DNA of 64,000 nucleotides from NCBI RefSeq assembly GCF_056712565.1, contig NZ_CM160072.1; one strand, 5' to 3'. Shown piece by piece: positions 58,601 to 64,000 of this stretch (position 1 is its first letter; each line of letters starts with the position of its first letter). The notes under the pieces were generated by a model. It saw only the letters and a program-made list of their open reading frames with translations, ran no database searches and was not told where the DNA came from. The position numbers and the translations under genes were made by a program.

Positions 58601-59661
58601 TGGTTGCCGATCTGGCGAAAATGCCGCACTTGTTGGTTGCGGGGACTACCGGTTCCGGTAAGTCTGTCGGGGTGAACGCGATGATCCTGAGCATGCTTTA
58701 TAAAGCACAGCCAGAAGATGTGCGTTTCATCATGATCGACCCGAAAATGCTGGAGCTTTCGGTTTATGAAGGCATTCCGCACCTGTTAACGGAAGTTGTT
58801 ACTGATATGAAAGATGCCGCCAACGCGCTGCGCTGGTGTGTTAACGAGATGGAGCGTCGTTATAAACTGATGTCTGCGCTGGGTGTGCGTAATCTGGCGG
58901 GTTATAACGAAAAAATTGCTGAAGCCGATCGCATGATGCGTCCGATTCCAGACCCGTACTGGAAGCCGGGTGATAGTATGGATGCGCAGCATCCGGTGCT
59001 GAAAAAAGAACCATACATTGTGGTGTTGGTGGACGAATTTGCCGACCTGATGATGACGGTAGGTAAAAAAGTGGAAGAGCTGATAGCACGTCTGGCGCAA
59101 AAAGCCCGTGCCGCGGGTATCCACCTCGTACTGGCAACGCAGCGTCCATCGGTTGATGTTATTACTGGTCTGATTAAAGCGAATATTCCGACCCGTATCG
59201 CCTTTACCGTATCCAGTAAGATTGACTCACGTACCATTCTTGATCAGGCTGGTGCGGAATCACTGCTGGGTATGGGGGATATGCTCTACTCTGGGCCGAA
59301 CTCCACGTTGCCGGTACGTGTCCATGGTGCTTTTGTTCGCGATCAGGAAGTTCATGCCGTGGTGCAGGACTGGAAAGCGCGTGGTCGCCCACAGTATGTT
59401 GATGGCATCACCTCCGACAGTGAAAGCGAAGGTGGCGTGGGCGGTTTCGATGGCGCTGAAGAACTGGATCCGTTGTTCGATCAGGCGGTGCAGTTTGTCA
59501 CTGAAAAACGCAAAGCGTCAATTTCTGGCGTACAGCGTCAGTTCCGCATTGGTTATAACCGTGCAGCGCGTATTATCGAACAGATGGAAGCGCAGGGGAT
59601 TGTCAGCGAACAGGGGCACAACGGAAATCGTGAAGTGCTGGCCCCACCGCCATTTGACTAA
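55618..59661 (+). CDS. ftsK: DNA translocase FtsK
   Basis: TTG start with GGAGA ribosome-binding site; N-terminal TM domain, PQ-rich linker, C-terminal motor (GTTGSGKS) and gamma domain; 1347 aa. Confidence 0.93.
57873..58113 (+). repeat. Tandem ~39 bp coding repeats ([13 protein letters not shown] units) in the ftsK linker
   Basis: Near-identical CAGCAGCCGCAACAACCGGT(A/T)GCACCGCAGCAGCAATAT units in tandem. Confidence 0.8.
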
Positions 59662-59672
59662 TTAATGCAACG

Positions 59673-59707
59673 TAGGCCGGATAAGACGCGATAGCGTCGC
59701 ATCCGGT
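59673..59707. repeat. REP-like palindromic element downstream of ftsK
   Basis: GTAGGCCGGATAAGACGCGATAGCGTCGCATCCGGTA. Confidence 0.6.
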
Positions 59708-59819
59708 ATTCTATCAACTGAAAATTCAGTATTTTCTTCTTTCCTCAAGCTGATTATTAGCCTGGAATAGAGAGTAGAGGGAACTCCCGATTGGGAGTGA
59801 CGTAATTTGAGGAATAATG

Positions 59820-60431
59820 ATGAAAAAAATTGCCATCACCTGTGCATTACTCTCAAGTTTAGTAGCAAGCAGCGTTTGGGCTGATGCCGCAAGCGATCTG
59901 AAAAGCCGCCTGGATAAAGTCAGCAGCTTTCACGCCAGCTTCACACAAAAAGTGACTGACGGTAGCGGCGCGGCGGTGCAGGAAGGCCAGGGCGATCTGT
60001 GGGTGAAACGTCCAAACTTATTCAACTGGCATATGACTCAACCTGATGAAAGCATTTTGGTTTCTGACGGTAAAACACTGTGGTTCTATAACCCGTTCGT
60101 TGAGCAAGCTACGGCAACCTGGCTGAAAGATGCCACCGGTAATACGCCGTTTATGCTGATTGCCCGCAACCAGTCCAGCGACTGGCAGCAGTACAATATC
60201 AAACAGAATGGCGATGACTTTGTTCTGACGCCGAAAGCCAGCAATGGCAATCTGAAGCAGTTCACCATTAACGTGGGACGTGATGGCACAATCCATCAGT
60301 TTAGCGCGGTGGAGCAGGACGATCAGCGCAGCAGTTATCAGCTGAAATCCCAGCAAAATGGGGCTGTGGATGCAGCGAAATTTACCTTCACCCCGCCGCA
60401 AGGCGTCACGGTAGATGATCAACGTAAGTAG
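59820..60431 (+). CDS. lolA: Outer-membrane lipoprotein carrier protein LolA
   Basis: [21 protein letters not shown] signal peptide; 203 aa. Confidence 0.95.
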
Positions 60432-60441
60432 AGGCACTTGA

Positions 60442-61785
60442 GTGAGCAATCTGTCGCTCGATTTTTCGGATAATACTTTTCAACCCCTGGCCGCGCGTAT
60501 GCGGCCAGAAAATTTAGCACAGTATATCGGCCAGCAACATTTGCTGGCTGTGGGGAAGCCGTTGCCGCGCGCTATCGAAGCCGGGCATCTGCATTCTATG
60601 ATCCTCTGGGGGCCGCCGGGTACCGGCAAAACAACCCTCGCTGAAGTGATTGCCCGCTATGCGAACGCTGATGTGGAACGTATTTCTGCCGTCACCTCTG
60701 GCGTGAAAGAGATTCGCGAGGCGATCGAACGCGCTCGGCAAAACCGCAATGCAGGTCGCCGCACTATTCTTTTTGTTGACGAAGTTCACCGTTTCAACAA
60801 AAGCCAGCAGGATGCATTTCTGCCACATATTGAAGACGGCACCATTACTTTTATTGGCGCAACCACTGAAAACCCGTCGTTTGAGCTTAATTCGGCACTG
60901 CTTTCCCGTGCCCGTGTCTATCTGTTGAAATCCCTGAGTACAGAGGATATTGAGCAAGTACTAACTCAGGCGATGGAAGACAAAACCCGTGGCTATGGTG
61001 GTCAGGATATTGTTCTGCCAGATGAAACACGACGCGCCATTGCTGAACTGGTGAATGGCGACGCGCGCCGGGCGTTAAATACGCTGGAAATGATGGCGGA
61101 TATGGCCGAAGTCGATGATAGCGGTAAGCGGGTCCTGAAGCCTGAATTACTGACCGAAATCGCCGGTGAACGTAGCGCCCGCTTTGATAACAAAGGCGAT
61201 CGCTTTTACGATCTGATTTCCGCATTGCATAAGTCGGTACGTGGTAGCGCACCCGATGCGGCGCTCTACTGGTATGCGCGAATTATTACCGCCGGTGGCG
61301 ATCCGTTATATGTTGCGCGTCGTTGCCTGGCAATTGCTTCCGAAGATGTCGGCAATGCCGACCCACGGGCGATGCAGGTGGCAATTGCGGCCTGGGATTG
61401 CTTTACTCGCGTTGGCCCGGCGGAAGGTGAACGCGCCATTGCTCAGGCGATTGTTTACCTGGCCTGCGCGCCAAAAAGCAACGCTGTCTACACTGCGTTT
61501 AAAGCCGCGCTGGCCGATGCTCGCGAACGTCCGGATTATGACGTGCCGGTTCATTTGCGTAATGCGCCGACGAAATTAATGAAGGAAATGGGCTACGGGC
61601 AGGAATATCGTTACGCTCATGATGAAGCAAACGCTTATGCTGCCGGTGAGGTTTACTTCCCGCCGGAAATAGCACAAACACGCTATTATTTCCCGACAAA
61701 CAGGGGCCTTGAAGGCAAGATTGGCGAAAAGCTCGCCTGGCTGGCTGAACAGGATCAAAATAGCCCCATAAAACGCTACCGTTAA
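60442..61785 (+). CDS. rarA: Replication-associated recombination protein RarA (MgsA)
   Basis: 447 aa AAA+ protein; Walker [13 protein letters not shown] start. Confidence 0.93.
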   Translation: MSNLSLDFSDNTFQPLAARMRPENLAQYIGQQHLLAVGKPLPRAIEAGHLHSMILWGPPGTGKTTLAEVIARYANADVERISAVTSGVKEIREAIERARQNRNAGRRTILFVDEVHRFNKSQQDAFLPHIEDGTITFIGATTENPSFELNSALLSRARVYLLKSLSTEDIEQVLTQAMEDKTRGYGGQDIVLPDETRRAIAELVNGDARRALNTLEMMADMAEVDDSGKRVLKPELLTEIAGERSARFDNKGDRFYDLISALHKSVRGSAPDAALYWYARIITAGGDPLYVARRCLAIASEDVGNADPRAMQVAIAAWDCFTRVGPAEGERAIAQAIVYLACAPKSNAVYTAFKAALADARERPDYDVPVHLRNAPTKLMKEMGYGQEYRYAHDEANAYAAGEVYFPPEIAQTRYYFPTNRGLEGKIGEKLAWLAEQDQNSPIKRYR

Positions 61786-61854
61786 TGTTATCGTTGCGGT
61801 AATGTTGTTAATGTATCCCTGTGGTCGCAGGCTGTGGCCACATCTCCCATTTAA

Positions 61855-63168
<1,314 letters not shown>

Positions 63169-63190
63169 TACCCAATTTTTCTGAATCTAA

Positions 63191-63215
63191 AAAGCGCCTG
63201 CGGGCGCTTTTTTTG
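63191..63215 (+). terminator. Rho-independent terminator of serS
   Basis: AGCGCCTGCGGGCGCT hairpin followed by a T7 run. Confidence 0.65.
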
Positions 63216-63406
63216 TCTCCCTTTGATACCGAACAATAATTACTCCTCACTTACAAGTAATACTACTTTCGAGTGAAAATCTACCTATCTCTTTGATTTT
63301 CAAATTATTCGATGTATACAAGCCTATATAGCGATCTGCTATAGAAATAATTACACAATACGGTTTGTTACTGGAATCAATCGTGAGCAAGCTTGAGTGA
63401 GCCATT

Positions 63407-64000
63407 ATGAAAACGAAAATCCCTGATGCGGTATTGGCTGCTGAGGTGAGTCGCCGTGGTTTGGTAAAAACGACAGCGATCGGCGGCCTGGCAATGGCCA
63501 GCAGCGCATTAACATTACCTTTTAGTCGGATTGCGCACGCTGTCGATAGCGCTATTCCAACAAAATCAGACGAAAAGGTTATCTGGAGCGCCTGTACAGT
63601 TAACTGTGGTAGTCGCTGCCCGCTACGTATGCACGTAGTGGACGGTGAAATCAAATATGTCGAAACGGACAATACCGGCGATGACAATTACGACGGCCTG
63701 CACCAGGTTCGCGCCTGTCTGCGTGGGCGTTCCATGCGTCGCCGTGTCTACAATCCGGACCGCCTGAAATATCCGATGAAACGAGTCGGGGCGCGCGGTG
63801 AAGGCAAATTCGAGCGCATTAGCTGGGAAGAAGCCTACGACATCATCGCGACCAAAATGCAGCGCCTGATCAAAGAGTACGGCAACGAGTCTATCTATCT
63901 GAACTATGGCACCGGTACGCTGGGCGGCACCATGACCCGCTCGTGGCCGCCGGGAAATACCCTGGTCGCGCGGCTAATGAACTGCTGCGGCGGTTATCTG
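63407..64000 (+). CDS. dmsA: DMSO reductase catalytic subunit DmsA, 3'-partial
   Basis: MKTKIPDAVLAAEVSRRGLVKTTAIGGLAMASSALTLPFSRIAHA twin-arginine signal, then Cys motif CTVNCGSRC; frame open to the window end. Confidence 0.9.
   Translation, partial: MKTKIPDAVLAAEVSRRGLVKTTAIGGLAMASSALTLPFSRIAHAVDSAIPTKSDEKVIWSACTVNCGSRCPLRMHVVDGEIKYVETDNTGDDNYDGLHQVRACLRGRSMRRRVYNPDRLKYPMKRVGARGEGKFERISWEEAYDIIATKMQRLIKEYGNESIYLNYGTGTLGGTMTRSWPPGNTLVARLMNCCGGYL

Overview
This window is an Escherichia coli chromosomal segment that matches the K-12 ybjL-to-dmsA layout gene for gene, with two accessory insertions. Core genes run ybjL, ybjM, grxA, ybjC, nfsA, rimK, ybjN, potFGHI, ybjO, rlmC, artJ, artMQIP, ybjP, ybjQ, amiD, ybjS, ybjT, ltaE, poxB, hcr, hcp, ybjE, aqpZ, ybjD, ybjX, macAB, cspD, clpS, clpA, then serW, infA, aat, cydCD, trxB, lrp, ftsK, lolA, rarA, serS and the start of dmsA. 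The first insertion is the right arm of a P2-like prophage (tail gene D, ogr) ending about 80 bp from the 3' end of the sRNA gene rybB. The second, and the main point of interest, is a complete type I-F CRISPR-Cas locus between clpA and infA: array 1 (6 repeats), cas1, cas2-3 fusion, csy1, csy2, csy3, csy4, the tRNA gene serW, then array 2 (7 repeats). In that locus csy2 and csy4 each carry a single in-frame TAG codon with protein homology continuing past it, while cas1, cas2-3, csy1 and csy3 are intact. Two degenerate repeat copies in antisense orientation also sit in the cas2-3/csy1 intergenic region. Smaller observations are a homopolymer frameshift in ybjP and a repeat-length variant in the ftsK linker. 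All gene identifications are from reading the translations and recalling the families; no database search was run.
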